Shown here one piece after another: positions 28,274 to 38,719 of a stretch of 64,000 nucleotides of DNA (its first letter is position 1; every line of letters starts with the position of its first letter). The notes under the pieces are model-generated. The model did not search any database. It was not told the DNA's origin and saw nothing but the letters and a program-made list of their open reading frames with translations. Position numbers and translations under genes: made by a program. Source of the DNA: Deferribacterales bacterium (GTDB taxonomy: Bacteria; Chrysiogenota; Deferribacteres; Deferribacterales; Geovibrionaceae); assembly GCA_050251945.1 (NCBI GenBank), contig JBFWLW010000002.1, forward strand, positions 256,001-320,000, read 5' to 3'.

Positions 28274-29431
28274 GTGAAAAACAAAACTGTTGTCAAAAAA
28301 TCTGACTGTGTTCTCGTTGCCGGAGCGACAGGACTTGTGGGTTCAGCCATTGTGCGGGCGCTTGCTGAGCGCGGTTATACGAACATAGTCGGCACTTATT
28401 ACAAAACAAAACCAGCCTCAGTTTATAAAAACTATCTGAAGGACTATCAGGCAAGGATAAAGAGCGGACAGCTGCGCATGATAAAATGCGACCTGACCAA
28501 CCAGAGCCAGACCATTTCGCTTTTCAAAAAGATACGGCCCGATTTCGTATTCAACTCCGCGGCGCGCGTCGGCGGCATCTATGCCAACAGCACGTACCGA
28601 GCGGAATTTATCTATGAAAACCTGCGGATGCAGAACAACATAATCCACTACGCATACGAATACGGCGTAAAAAAGCTCCTTTTCCTCGGCAGCAGCTGTA
28701 TCTATCCAAAGAATGCCGAACAGCCCATAAACGAAGATCAGCTTCTCAAGGGCGAACTGGAATATACCAACGAACCCTACGCACTTGCGAAAATAGCAGG
28801 TATCAGACTTTGCGAAAGCTATTACCTGCAATACGGGTGCAACTTCATATCCGTTATGCCCACAAATCTTTACGGTTACAACGACAATTACGACCTGAAA
28901 GGTTCTCACGTCATCCCCGCCCTCATCAGAAAAACGTATCTGGCGGCTCTCTTTGAAAAAGGGGATACGGACGCCATAGCAAATAACCTGAAAAACGACT
29001 GCGGCGACGAGGAACATATAGACTGTCTGAAAAGCATCGGCATTGAAAAGCAGAACGGAAAAACAGTTCTGAACCTCTGGGGAACAGGCAGCCCCCTGCG
29101 CGAATTCATGCACGTCGACGACATGGCGGACGCTTCCTGCTTTCTCATGGAAAACGTTGACGCATGGGACATGGACGACGGTTCCGGCACATACAGAAAC
29201 GCACACATCAACATCGGCTCCGGCGATGAGGTTTCAATAAAAACCCTTTCAAAAATGGTTGCGGAGGTTGTCGGCTACGGCGGCGAACTTCGTTTTAATC
29301 CGGAAATGCCGGACGGCACCCCAAGAAAACTTCTGGACTGTTCCAGACTGCACTCTCTGGGATTCAGACACCGCATACCCCTTCACGACGGACTGAAATC
29401 CGCCTTTAACGATTATCTGAGTCGTCAGTAA
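28274..29431 (+). CDS. fcl: GDP-L-fucose synthase
   Basis: AARVGGI, LGSSCIYP, NEPYALAK, PTNLYG, WGTG...REF and PDGTPRK motifs. Confidence 0.93.
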   Translation: MKNKTVVKKSDCVLVAGATGLVGSAIVRALAERGYTNIVGTYYKTKPASVYKNYLKDYQARIKSGQLRMIKCDLTNQSQTISLFKKIRPDFVFNSAARVGGIYANSTYRAEFIYENLRMQNNIIHYAYEYGVKKLLFLGSSCIYPKNAEQPINEDQLLKGELEYTNEPYALAKIAGIRLCESYYLQYGCNFISVMPTNLYGYNDNYDLKGSHVIPALIRKTYLAALFEKGDTDAIANNLKNDCGDEEHIDCLKSIGIEKQNGKTVLNLWGTGSPLREFMHVDDMADASCFLMENVDAWDMDDGSGTYRNAHINIGSGDEVSIKTLSKMVAEVVGYGGELRFNPEMPDGTPRKLLDCSRLHSLGFRHRIPLHDGLKSAFNDYLSRQ

Positions 29432-30207
29432 TGAAAAAAGTGTCAATCGTTACCATAGTAAAAAACGATTCGGCAGGGCTTGAAAAAACAATCGAAAGTG
29501 TTAAATCACAGACATTTGAAGACTATGAGTTTATAGTTGCCGACGGCGGTTCGGACGAACCCGTTCTGTCTGCTGCCGAAAAGAACAAAGGCGCAATTGA
29601 CCTGTTTCTGAAAGGACCCGACAAGGGTATTTACGACGGAATGAACAAAGGTATTGCGGCGGCGCAGGGAACATATATTATTTTCATGAACGCAGGCGAC
29701 GCGTTCGCATCACCCGACGCGCTGAAAGAAGTGTTCGCCGCTGTCAATGGCGAACCGGACGTGATCTACGGAGATTACAGAGTGGACTACGGATATGCGG
29801 AAAACCTTTTAAAAGGCAGACCCGTGAAAGATATCTGGAAAGGGATGCTGACCTCCCACCAAAGCACGCTGGTGAAAACCGCGCTCATGAAAAGATATCC
29901 GTTCAGCCTTAACATCCGTATTGGCGCAGATTTCGACAGGGTTTTTCACCTGTACAGCCTCGGCGCTGAATTCGCATACGTTCCGGTGATAATATCCGTT
30001 ACGGAACCGGGCGGCGTTTCCGACAGAAAACGCATACAGGTATTCAAAGACCACCTTGGCACCCTGAAAGTACACGGCGCGGCAGGAATTTTCAAAAGAA
30101 TATATTATATATACATGATAATGGACGCCTTTCTGAGGCTCACCGCAAAGAGACTGCTTCCGCGGGAAACTGTCAGAAGATTTATCGCGTCAAGAGCAGT
30201 GAAATGA
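29431..30207 (+). CDS. Glycosyltransferase family 2 (WcaE-like)
   Basis: DGGS, D.GIYDGMNKG, FMNAGD, HQS and ADFD motifs. Confidence 0.9.
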   Translation: MKKVSIVTIVKNDSAGLEKTIESVKSQTFEDYEFIVADGGSDEPVLSAAEKNKGAIDLFLKGPDKGIYDGMNKGIAAAQGTYIIFMNAGDAFASPDALKEVFAAVNGEPDVIYGDYRVDYGYAENLLKGRPVKDIWKGMLTSHQSTLVKTALMKRYPFSLNIRIGADFDRVFHLYSLGAEFAYVPVIISVTEPGGVSDRKRIQVFKDHLGTLKVHGAAGIFKRIYYIYMIMDAFLRLTAKRLLPRETVRRFIASRAVK

Positions 30208-32126
30208 GCCTTAAATACAGAAGCGACATAGACGGACTGCGCACTCTGGCAGTTATGCCCGTTATTTTTTACCACGCAGGAATGACCCTGTTCTCCGGCG
30301 GCTACGTCGGAGTGGATATCTTTTTCGTAATCTCCGGTTATCTGATAACCTCCATCATTGTCCGCGAACTGGACGAAGACAAATTCACTATTGCCAACTT
30401 CTATGTAAGAAGGGTGAAACGTATCTTTCCGGCACTCTACTTTCTGCTGGCGTTCACGTTCATACTGTCTTTCTTTTCGCTTATGCCGGCACATTTTGAA
30501 GGTTTCGGCAAGAGTGTCGTCTCCACCGTGCTTTTCGGTTCAAACATCCTTTTCTGGCGGGAGAGCGGCTATTTTGACGCGCAGGCAGAGACAAAACCCC
30601 TTCTCCACACATGGTCGCTGGGTGTCGAGGAACAGTTTTATATCTTTTTCCCCATTATGCTGATGCTCATTGCCCGATACGGAAACAAAAAATATGTCCG
30701 GTTTGCCCTGACGCTGTTCGTTCTGTCGTTCGGACTTTCAGTCTGGGGTACTAAGAACTATCCCGAAGCGGCTTTCTATCTCATCCCCTTCCGCACATGG
30801 GAGCTGATGCTTGGCGCACTCATAGCTCTGGGCTTCTTCCCGAAAACGGACAGGATTCTTAACCTGAACCTGATGTCGCTGGCGGGATTTTTAATGATCT
30901 GCGTCAGCATCTTCACCTATAAACCTTCAACGCCCTTTCCCGGATATGCGGCACTTCTGCCGTGTGTCGGCACTGCGCTTATAATTATGGCGCAGGGCGG
31001 GTTCATAAACCAGATACTGAGCCTTAAACCGATCGTAACGATAGGTCTTCTGTCATATTCGCTCTATCTCTGGCACTGGCCTCTATTCGCCCTTCGCAAC
31101 TACTGGGAGAGCGCAAACATACCTGAATTCTATAAATCGGATTATTTTCTGATATTTCTGACCTTCGCGTTCGCCTCCTTCTCTTATTATGTTGTTGAAA
31201 AACCGCTCCGTATTAAGAAGATACAGAATAAAAAACTCTTCTTCCGCTACACATACGCGGTCATGGCTGTCGGATGTCTGGTGGGAACAACCGCCATCGT
31301 CACAAACGGTATCCCCCAGAGAATACCGGAAGACGTTGCAAGGCTCGCCCACGTTCCCAACAGTAAATTCAAGACTAAGGAATGTTATGAACTGTCCGCA
31401 GACGCGATTAAAGCGCACAGATATTGCGGCATGGGAGTGGCGGACGTAAAACCGAAATTTGCCCTCTGGGGGGATTCACATGCGCTGGCTCTTTCGGACG
31501 GCATTGACAAACTGGCAAAAGAGACGGGTACAGGCGGCGTATTCATGTCATCATCGGCCTGTCCTCCTCTTCTGGGACTTGCGGGAACAAACCGCGCCAA
31601 GGCAAATGAATGCATAGAGACAAACCTCGCGGTCGGTGAGGAGCTTGCCGAAAACAGACATATCAAAAAGGTCATTCTGGTTTGCAGATGGCAGAAATAT
31701 ACCGATACGCCCCAAAAGGTCGAGGAATTCCGTCAGGCACTTGACAGAACACTTGAAAGGCTTAAAGGCAAAGACATTTATTTCGTACTGGATAATGCGG
31801 AAGCAAATTTTGACGTTCCCAGAGAGCTAGCAAAGAACGCGCTTTTAAAAGCATATCTTCCCGCACTGGCATCTTCAGCTGAACTCAGGATACCGGACGA
31901 AACCTATGAAAAAGAGAACTCGCCACTTCTGACACTGCTTCAATACTATGAAGACATGGACAGGTTCACCGTCATTCCGCTTTTTAAAGCGCTCTGCGAC
32001 GAAGACGGATGCATAACCGAACACAACGGGCGGGCGCTGTATTACGACGACGACCACCTTTCGGTCTACGGTGCGCAGTATGCAGTTCTTAAAGATAAAG
32101 AGATAACAGCAGAGATGGTGAAATGA
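30204..32126 (+). CDS. OafA-type O-acyltransferase (AT3 plus SGNH), copy 1
   Basis: DIDGLR, GVDIFFVISG, HTWSLGVEEQFY and SYSLYLWHWP; SGNH GDSHA and DDDHLS. Confidence 0.92.
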   Translation: MSLKYRSDIDGLRTLAVMPVIFYHAGMTLFSGGYVGVDIFFVISGYLITSIIVRELDEDKFTIANFYVRRVKRIFPALYFLLAFTFILSFFSLMPAHFEGFGKSVVSTVLFGSNILFWRESGYFDAQAETKPLLHTWSLGVEEQFYIFFPIMLMLIARYGNKKYVRFALTLFVLSFGLSVWGTKNYPEAAFYLIPFRTWELMLGALIALGFFPKTDRILNLNLMSLAGFLMICVSIFTYKPSTPFPGYAALLPCVGTALIIMAQGGFINQILSLKPIVTIGLLSYSLYLWHWPLFALRNYWESANIPEFYKSDYFLIFLTFAFASFSYYVVEKPLRIKKIQNKKLFFRYTYAVMAVGCLVGTTAIVTNGIPQRIPEDVARLAHVPNSKFKTKECYELSADAIKAHRYCGMGVADVKPKFALWGDSHALALSDGIDKLAKETGTGGVFMSSSACPPLLGLAGTNRAKANECIETNLAVGEELAENRHIKKVILVCRWQKYTDTPQKVEEFRQALDRTLERLKGKDIYFVLDNAEANFDVPRELAKNALLKAYLPALASSAELRIPDETYEKENSPLLTLLQYYEDMDRFTVIPLFKALCDEDGCITEHNGRALYYDDDHLSVYGAQYAVLKDKEITAEMVK

Positions 32127-34096
32127 GCCTTAAATACAGAAGCGACATAGACGGACTGCGCACTCTGGCAGTTATGCCCGTCATTTTTTATCACGCAGGG
32201 ATAACCCTGTTCTCCGGCGGCTACGTCGGAGTGGATATCTTTTTCGTAATCTCCGGTTATCTGATAACCTCCATCATTGTCCGCGAACTGGACGAAGACA
32301 AATTCACAATCGCAAACTTTTACGTCAGGCGTGTGAAACGTATCTTTCCGGCACTCTACTTTCTGCTGGCGTTCACGTTCATACTGTCTTTCTTTTCGCT
32401 TATGCCAACACATTTTGAAGGTTTCGGCAAGAGTGTCGTCTCCACCGTGCTTTTCGGTTCAAACATCCTTTTCTGGCGGGAGAGCGGCTATTTTGACGCG
32501 CAGGCGGAGACAAAACCCCTTCTCCACACATGGTCTCTGGGTGTCGAGGAACAGTTTTACATTTTTTTCCCCATTATGCTGATGCTCATTGCCCGATACG
32601 GAAGCAAAAAATATGTCCGGTTTGCCCTGACGCTGTTCGTTCTGTCGTTCGGACTTTCAGTCTGGGGTACTAAGAACTATCCCGAAGCGGCTTTCTATCT
32701 CATCCCCTTCCGCACATGGGAGCTGATGCTTGGCGCTCTCATAGCTCTGGGCTTCTTCCCGAAAACGGAAAAACCTGTATATCTGCATGCAATGTCCGTT
32801 ACCGGCTTTCTGATGCTGTGTGCAAGCGTGTTCATGTTTGAAACCACAACGCCTTTCCCCGGCTATGCGGCACTTCTGCCGTGTGTCGGCACCGCGCTTA
32901 TAATTATGGCGCAGGGCGGTGTGATAAACCGCATACTGAGCCTTAAGCCGTTCGTATGGATAGGGCTTCTGTCATATTCGCTCTATCTCTGGCACTGGCC
33001 TCTGTTCGCCCTTCGCAACTACTGGGAAAGCATCCATATTCCGGAATTCTATAAATCCGATGTATTTCTAATATTTTTAACCTTCGCTTTCTCTTCGTTT
33101 TCATATTATGTGGTTGAAAAGCCGCTCCGCGTTAAAAAAATACAGAACAAAAAAGTATTCTTCCGCTATGCCTATGCGGTTATGGCGGCGGGATGCATAA
33201 TAGGCGGCTATGTCATAGTTAAGAAAGGACTTCCCGAAAGAATACCTCCGCAGGCTGCGGCTTATGCAAAAACTGAAAAAGGGGCGTTCGAGATACCGCA
33301 ATGCTTCGGCATGGCTCCCGAAAAGATAACGCTGGACGGACTTTGCATCATGGGCGACAAACAGGTGAAACCGTCTTATATCCTCTGGGGTGATTCTCAC
33401 GCTATTGTCCTTGCGGACGGATTTGACGCATACGGAAAATCACACGGGATATCCGGTATTCTTGCGTCAAAGGCGGCATGTGCGCCGCTGCAGGGCGTAA
33501 CCCGCTCAACGAAGCCCAAGAACTTCAACTGTGTTGAATTCAACGACAAAATGATAGGACTTATACAGTCGGCAGACATAAAGAACGTACTCCTCAACGC
33601 CAGATGGCGTGCGGCATCCGCAGGGGATGCGCCTCACTTTTATATTAAGGACGATAAAACGATAAAATCGTCCAAAGACGAGAACTTCAAGGTGTTTGAA
33701 AGGGGACTTGCGCGCACTCTGGATGCTTTGAAAGGGAAGAACGTGTATTTTCTGATGGATAACCCCGACTTTCCCTATGATGTGCCGAGGGAACTTGCAA
33801 AACTCACCGTTCTGCAGAAATATCTTCCCGCTTTGGCTGAAAACTCCAACATTGGCATAACCCGCAGGGACTATGAACACGGAAACGAAAAAGTGCGAAA
33901 AATACTGAAAGAGCTTTCCGGCAGATATACTTTCACAACTGCGGAACTTGCGGACGGACTTTGTCCCGAAAAAAGCTGCATCGGAGAAAAAAATGGAGAG
34001 TCCCTGTACATGGACGACAACCATCTTTCCTGCGCAGGAGCGGTTTTAGCGATAGAAGGTATCGCACCTATGATTTCTAAAATAGCGTTTCAATAA
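32123..34096 (+). CDS. OafA-type O-acyltransferase (AT3 plus SGNH), copy 2
   Basis: Same AT3 motifs as copy 1; SGNH GDSHA and DDNHLS; 5' region nearly identical to copy 1. Confidence 0.92.
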   Translation: MSLKYRSDIDGLRTLAVMPVIFYHAGITLFSGGYVGVDIFFVISGYLITSIIVRELDEDKFTIANFYVRRVKRIFPALYFLLAFTFILSFFSLMPTHFEGFGKSVVSTVLFGSNILFWRESGYFDAQAETKPLLHTWSLGVEEQFYIFFPIMLMLIARYGSKKYVRFALTLFVLSFGLSVWGTKNYPEAAFYLIPFRTWELMLGALIALGFFPKTEKPVYLHAMSVTGFLMLCASVFMFETTTPFPGYAALLPCVGTALIIMAQGGVINRILSLKPFVWIGLLSYSLYLWHWPLFALRNYWESIHIPEFYKSDVFLIFLTFAFSSFSYYVVEKPLRVKKIQNKKVFFRYAYAVMAAGCIIGGYVIVKKGLPERIPPQAAAYAKTEKGAFEIPQCFGMAPEKITLDGLCIMGDKQVKPSYILWGDSHAIVLADGFDAYGKSHGISGILASKAACAPLQGVTRSTKPKNFNCVEFNDKMIGLIQSADIKNVLLNARWRAASAGDAPHFYIKDDKTIKSSKDENFKVFERGLARTLDALKGKNVYFLMDNPDFPYDVPRELAKLTVLQKYLPALAENSNIGITRRDYEHGNEKVRKILKELSGRYTFTTAELADGLCPEKSCIGEKNGESLYMDDNHLSCAGAVLAIEGIAPMISKIAFQ

Positions 34097-34179
34097 AATA
34101 TCTTGAAATTGTTTCGCGATAGAGTATAAGGAATGTGTCGGAATGTCTCAAATTTTTGAAATAGCCGGTGTAAAGGGAA

Positions 34180-35019
34180 ATGAAAGTCAGTGTAATCACT
34201 GTTGTTAAGAACAACGAAAAGACTATCAGGCAGGCGATTGAGTCTGCTATCAGTCAGCGAAACGTCGATCTTGAGTACATCGTCATAGACGGAAAGTCCA
34301 CTGACAAAACCCTCAGGATAATCAAAGAGTACAAAAACAGGATATCCGTTCTTATCTCAGAGAAAGATAAAAACCTGTACCATGCACTGAACAAGGCTGT
34401 TAAGCTTGCCACTGGAGATATCATTGCGATACTCCACTCCGACGATGTTTACGCCAGCGATACAGTACTTTCCGACGTTGTGAAATGTTTTGAAGACACA
34501 AACTGCTCAACAGTTTACGGCGACCTAGCAATCGTCCGACACGACGATTCCGACAGACTTGTCAGATACTGGAAAAGCGGCAGATTCAGCAAAGCCAAGC
34601 TTTATATGGGCTGGATGCCTCCGCATCCTTCCTTTTTCGTTAAGCGTGAGCTTTATCAGAAATACGGGCTTTTCGATACAAATTTCAAAATCTCCGCAGA
34701 CTATGACCTTATACTGCGCATAATGAACAACGAGGGTGTGAGATCGTGCTATCTGCCAAAACTCCTCGTTAAAATGAGAGCAGGCGGCGCAAGCAACAAC
34801 ACCCCGAAAAACCTCATCAGAAAGATGAAAGACGACTATCAGGTTGTTAAGAAGCACAGACTCGGCGGGCTTTTCACTGTTGTTATGAAAAAAATAATTA
34901 AGATGCACCAGTATCTTGTGCCGGACGCTGTGTTCCCTTTCAGAAAGATACCGGCAGACGTTTTCGCACAGAACCATATGGCAAAAGCAAGCTTTATATC
35001 GGGCAAAACCGTAAGATAA
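34180..35019 (+). CDS. Glycosyltransferase family 2 (WcaE/WfgS-like)
   Basis: IDG.STD, LHSDD, GWMPPHP, SADYD and MRAGGAS motifs. Confidence 0.9.
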   Translation: MKVSVITVVKNNEKTIRQAIESAISQRNVDLEYIVIDGKSTDKTLRIIKEYKNRISVLISEKDKNLYHALNKAVKLATGDIIAILHSDDVYASDTVLSDVVKCFEDTNCSTVYGDLAIVRHDDSDRLVRYWKSGRFSKAKLYMGWMPPHPSFFVKRELYQKYGLFDTNFKISADYDLILRIMNNEGVRSCYLPKLLVKMRAGGASNNTPKNLIRKMKDDYQVVKKHRLGGLFTVVMKKIIKMHQYLVPDAVFPFRKIPADVFAQNHMAKASFISGKTVR

Positions 35020-35021
35020 TC

Positions 35022-36593
35022 TTAGATTATATCCTTTACGCCATCAGGATTTTTGTGTGCAATAACATACATGAATGCCGTTTTGAAAGGGATATAGAAA
35101 AGCAGACTGACTGCTACCGCCATTATATATTCCCATAATCCTCTTTTACTCAGCACCCCTATGGCTATCACCATGAAAAAATTCAACAGATCAAAAGGAA
35201 CAAATATCCGCGTCACACGGCGCATACGCGGAAACATCAGAACGCTTATAACCGCGCCGCAGGTCGCAAGAACAGCAAAACCGTCTTTATCCGCGAAATA
35301 CGCAGCCGCAAAGAATAGCCAGTAAGCTCCCAGACACGAATAAAACAATTCACTTTCACTGCTGACTCTGTAAATGAAAAGCACTGAAAATATTATACAG
35401 AACAACAGAACAGCTGTAAGCCCTATCCGGGGGTAAGCACCGGTTCTGTAAAAAAAGAACATTGAAAAGACCGTGCTGAAAAATAACACTGCGATACTGA
35501 TCTTCAGACCAAACGCACTGGACTTCATCTGTGCTATGCACTCCAGCCTGCGTTTCTGAAGCATCCTGCTGTTGATATCGCCGATCAGTTTGCCGATATC
35601 TGCAAAATTGAGCAGTTTTATCATAAGCAGAAATATGTAAAGTATCACAACCGCCAACAGCACCATGTATAGCTTCTGGTCGCGGAAAAACAGAAGCGCA
35701 ACAGCAGAAAGTATTATGGAAAGAGCGTAGAAGATCATAAGTGTCTGTCCGGCGCTGAGATTCAGATCCAGCAGTTTATGATGAAGATGTTCCCTGTCCG
35801 CCTTCATAGGGTTCTGGAAGCGCAGAAGTCTTCTGATTATAGCCAGAAAAGTATCAAACAGCGGGATAAGTATAAAAAGTGTAGGCATAAGAACCGACAT
35901 AATGGTATTGGTTTTAAATGAAGATGACAGTGAAATAACGGCAATATTGAAGCCGAGAAACAGACTGCCCGTGTCTCCCATGAAAACCGACGCTTTCGGC
36001 AGATTATATCGCAAGAAGCCCAGTATGCCGCCCAGAAAAGCCATAGATATCATAAAATTCATATTGTTATCCGCGAATGACGCAACCATCAGCGAACCGA
36101 ACGCCATGAACGAGATGCCGCCTGCAAGCCCGTCAACGCCGTCAATAAGATTAACCGCGTTTGTCACAAGCGCTATCCAGAAATATGTGAGAAGAACCAT
36201 AACAATGTCGTTATTAAGCCATGTAAGCCAGGGAACGGAAAATTCAAACCGGACTCCCATGAAAAAGATCACGACAGTCGCCGCAAGCGCCTGAAAGAAT
36301 AATTTCTGAAAAGCTCCGGCTCCCCTACTGTCGTCGTAAACGCCTATAAATATTATGAAAAGATTTGCAGCCGCCAGATACAGATATTCAATATCCGGCT
36401 TGCAGAATATGAGAATGGAAATAAATACGCCCGATATAATACCCATTCCGCCGAGTCTGGGAGTGTGTCCGGAATGTATCTTCCTTTCGTCAGGAATATC
36501 TATAATGCCAAGCCTGACAGCGAGATCCGTAAATAGAGGTACTGTCAGAATACTTATCAGAAAAGAAAAGAGGAGAATGTTTAAACCGTTCAT
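35022..36593 (-). CDS. WecA/TagO-type undecaprenyl-phosphate HexNAc-1-P transferase with C-terminal membrane extension
   Basis: RKIH...PRLGG, DD, NAVNLIDGVDGL, FMGDTGS and ADREHLHH motifs. Confidence 0.9.
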   Translation of the reverse strand: MNGLNILLFSFLISILTVPLFTDLAVRLGIIDIPDERKIHSGHTPRLGGMGIISGVFISILIFCKPDIEYLYLAAANLFIIFIGVYDDSRGAGAFQKLFFQALAATVVIFFMGVRFEFSVPWLTWLNNDIVMVLLTYFWIALVTNAVNLIDGVDGLAGGISFMAFGSLMVASFADNNMNFMISMAFLGGILGFLRYNLPKASVFMGDTGSLFLGFNIAVISLSSSFKTNTIMSVLMPTLFILIPLFDTFLAIIRRLLRFQNPMKADREHLHHKLLDLNLSAGQTLMIFYALSIILSAVALLFFRDQKLYMVLLAVVILYIFLLMIKLLNFADIGKLIGDINSRMLQKRRLECIAQMKSSAFGLKISIAVLFFSTVFSMFFFYRTGAYPRIGLTAVLLFCIIFSVLFIYRVSSESELFYSCLGAYWLFFAAAYFADKDGFAVLATCGAVISVLMFPRMRRVTRIFVPFDLLNFFMVIAIGVLSKRGLWEYIMAVAVSLLFYIPFKTAFMYVIAHKNPDGVKDII

Positions 36594-36659
36594 ACCTGTC
36601 CGTAGCTATGAAAAACTTAAACAATAATACCGCTTTATATCAGTTTTGTACAGCAGATT

Positions 36660-37550
36660 TCAGCAAATTCCAAACAGAGCCTTTACTCCGCGGCTTCTGG
36701 AGACATGTCCCATGATATTGTAAACAAGCTGGGCAGCAGTGAAATCGGCACTGTGCATACCGCCCATAGGTGCATACTCAAGAACATCGAACCCTATGCA
36801 GGTGCGCTGTCTGACAATGCTGTCAATGAGCCGCATGGACTGGTACCATGTCAGTCCGCCGGGAACAGGAGTGCCTGTGGCGGGCATAATTGATGAATCC
36901 AGCGCGTCTATATCAAATGTGATGAATACCTTTTCGGGAAAATCATCAGGCAGGCGAAAAGCGTCGGTACCTTCTCGGTCAATATCTTCCGCGTCCATGA
37001 ACGGAATGTTGTAATGAAGGCGGATCTGGTGTTCTTCCAGACAATAGCTTCTGGTACCAAGCTGATATATGGGGATACCCTTATCTATGGTGCGTTTCAT
37101 AACACAGGCATGGCTGTATTTTGATCCTTCGTAGCTTTCGCGAAGATCGGCATGGGCATCAAACTGCACAACACCGAAATCCTTGCCGTATTTTGCAATG
37201 AGCGCGTCAATTACCCCGTTGGTAACGGTATGCTCGCCGCCGAGAACAACGGGCATCTTTCCGCAGAGCATACATTTAAGCACAGCATCCTTTATGTTTG
37301 CCAGCGCCTCTTCATGCCTGCCTGAACAATCCACAGGCTCATATGTGCAGATACCGTACTGGGCGGGAGTGCTCTTCCCGTCAAAAACTTCAAGCTGGCA
37401 GGATGCCGAAAGTATGGCATCCGGTCCGGCAGCTGTGCCGGAACCGTATGAAACTGATTTTTCATACGGCACGGGAATAACGTGAAAAAGCGCCTCTTCC
37501 GGCTTTGACAGGGGTACGTCGTCCCCGTGGAAAGTTACAAATTCGCTCAT
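36660..37550 (-). CDS. speB: Agmatinase
   Basis: GGEH, DAHADL, TFDIDALD and TGTPVPGG motifs. Confidence 0.92.
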   Translation of the reverse strand: MSEFVTFHGDDVPLSKPEEALFHVIPVPYEKSVSYGSGTAAGPDAILSASCQLEVFDGKSTPAQYGICTYEPVDCSGRHEEALANIKDAVLKCMLCGKMPVVLGGEHTVTNGVIDALIAKYGKDFGVVQFDAHADLRESYEGSKYSHACVMKRTIDKGIPIYQLGTRSYCLEEHQIRLHYNIPFMDAEDIDREGTDAFRLPDDFPEKVFITFDIDALDSSIMPATGTPVPGGLTWYQSMRLIDSIVRQRTCIGFDVLEYAPMGGMHSADFTAAQLVYNIMGHVSRSRGVKALFGIC

Positions 37551-38719
37551 GACAACCTGTTCTTATAATCTTCGTAACCGAACCTGCGCACCACTTCCAG
37601 CGTTCCTTTTTCAAGGCTGAAAACCGTGATGTCCGGCAGTTCGACACCGTTAAAATTAGTATTTTTTACAAACGAGTAAAGCGCCATGTCCGTGAAAACA
37701 AGCCTGTCGCCGACCTTAGGTCTTTCTGGAAACGAATATGTTCCTATGAAATCTCCGGCAAGACATGAGATGCAGCCTATTTTACAGTCATAAGCAAATT
37801 TGCCCGCCTGACCCGCGCCTATAAGCACCGGACGGTAAGGCATGGCAAGAACGTCTGGCATATGCGTCTCAGCGGATGAATCCGCAATGGCTATGTCCAC
37901 GCCGTTGTGTATCACATCTAGAACCTGGGTAACGAACACTCCGGCATTAAGAATAACCGCCTCGCCCGGCTCCAGATATACCTGTATGCCGTTGTATCGT
38001 CTTCTGAAATCGGTCACAGTTTCACAGAGCAGTTCCACATCGTAATCTGAACGGGTGATGTGGTGTCCGCCTCCGAAATTCACCCATTTCATCTGCCTGA
38101 TAAGATGTCCGTAACGATTTTCAAAACTCGCCAGAACACGGGTAAGAACGTCCGCGTTCTGTTCGCACATAGCATGAAAATGCAGTCCGGTGATACCTGT
38201 CAGATCAACGCCCTCAAGGTCTTCAGGATTAACGCCGAATCTCGACCCCGGCAGACACGGATTATAAAGATCAACCTCAACTTCGGCATGTCCGGGATTG
38301 ACCCGCAGACCGACCTCGATCCTTCTGCCGGAAGCCTCGATGGCATCTCTGTGCGCATGCCACTGGCTTATTGAATTGAAAACTATATGGTCGCTGAACG
38401 CAATGGTGCGCTCCATCTGTTTTTTTGTGAAAGCGGGCGAATAGGTATGCACCTCGCGTCCGAATTCCTCACGCCCCATCTGTGCCTCTATTGGTCCGCT
38501 GGCGCATACCCCATGAAGGTACTGCGATATAAGCGGAAAAACTTTTGGCAGAGCAAACGCCTTCATGGCAAGAAGTATCTTAGCCCCCGTGCGCTTCTGT
38601 ACGCTGTCCAGAAGTTCGCAGTTGCGGCGTATCACATCTTCGCTTATCAGGTAACAGGGTGTGTCCACCCTGTCGGTTATTTCTTTCGGAAAATCCGATA
38701 TAATAAGCTGACTAATCAT
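37547..38719 (-). CDS. nspC: Carboxy(nor)spermidine decarboxylase
   Basis: LAMKAF, HFHAMCEQ, GGGHHITR, LEPGEA, HMPDVL.MPY and CLAGD motifs. Confidence 0.95.
   Translation of the reverse strand: MISQLIISDFPKEITDRVDTPCYLISEDVIRRNCELLDSVQKRTGAKILLAMKAFALPKVFPLISQYLHGVCASGPIEAQMGREEFGREVHTYSPAFTKKQMERTIAFSDHIVFNSISQWHAHRDAIEASGRRIEVGLRVNPGHAEVEVDLYNPCLPGSRFGVNPEDLEGVDLTGITGLHFHAMCEQNADVLTRVLASFENRYGHLIRQMKWVNFGGGHHITRSDYDVELLCETVTDFRRRYNGIQVYLEPGEAVILNAGVFVTQVLDVIHNGVDIAIADSSAETHMPDVLAMPYRPVLIGAGQAGKFAYDCKIGCISCLAGDFIGTYSFPERPKVGDRLVFTDMALYSFVKNTNFNGVELPDITVFSLEKGTLEVVRRFGYEDYKNRLS

Noticed and set aside
28274..29431. fcl without an adjacent gmd
   Set aside because: gmd may lie elsewhere in the genome; this cannot be judged from the window
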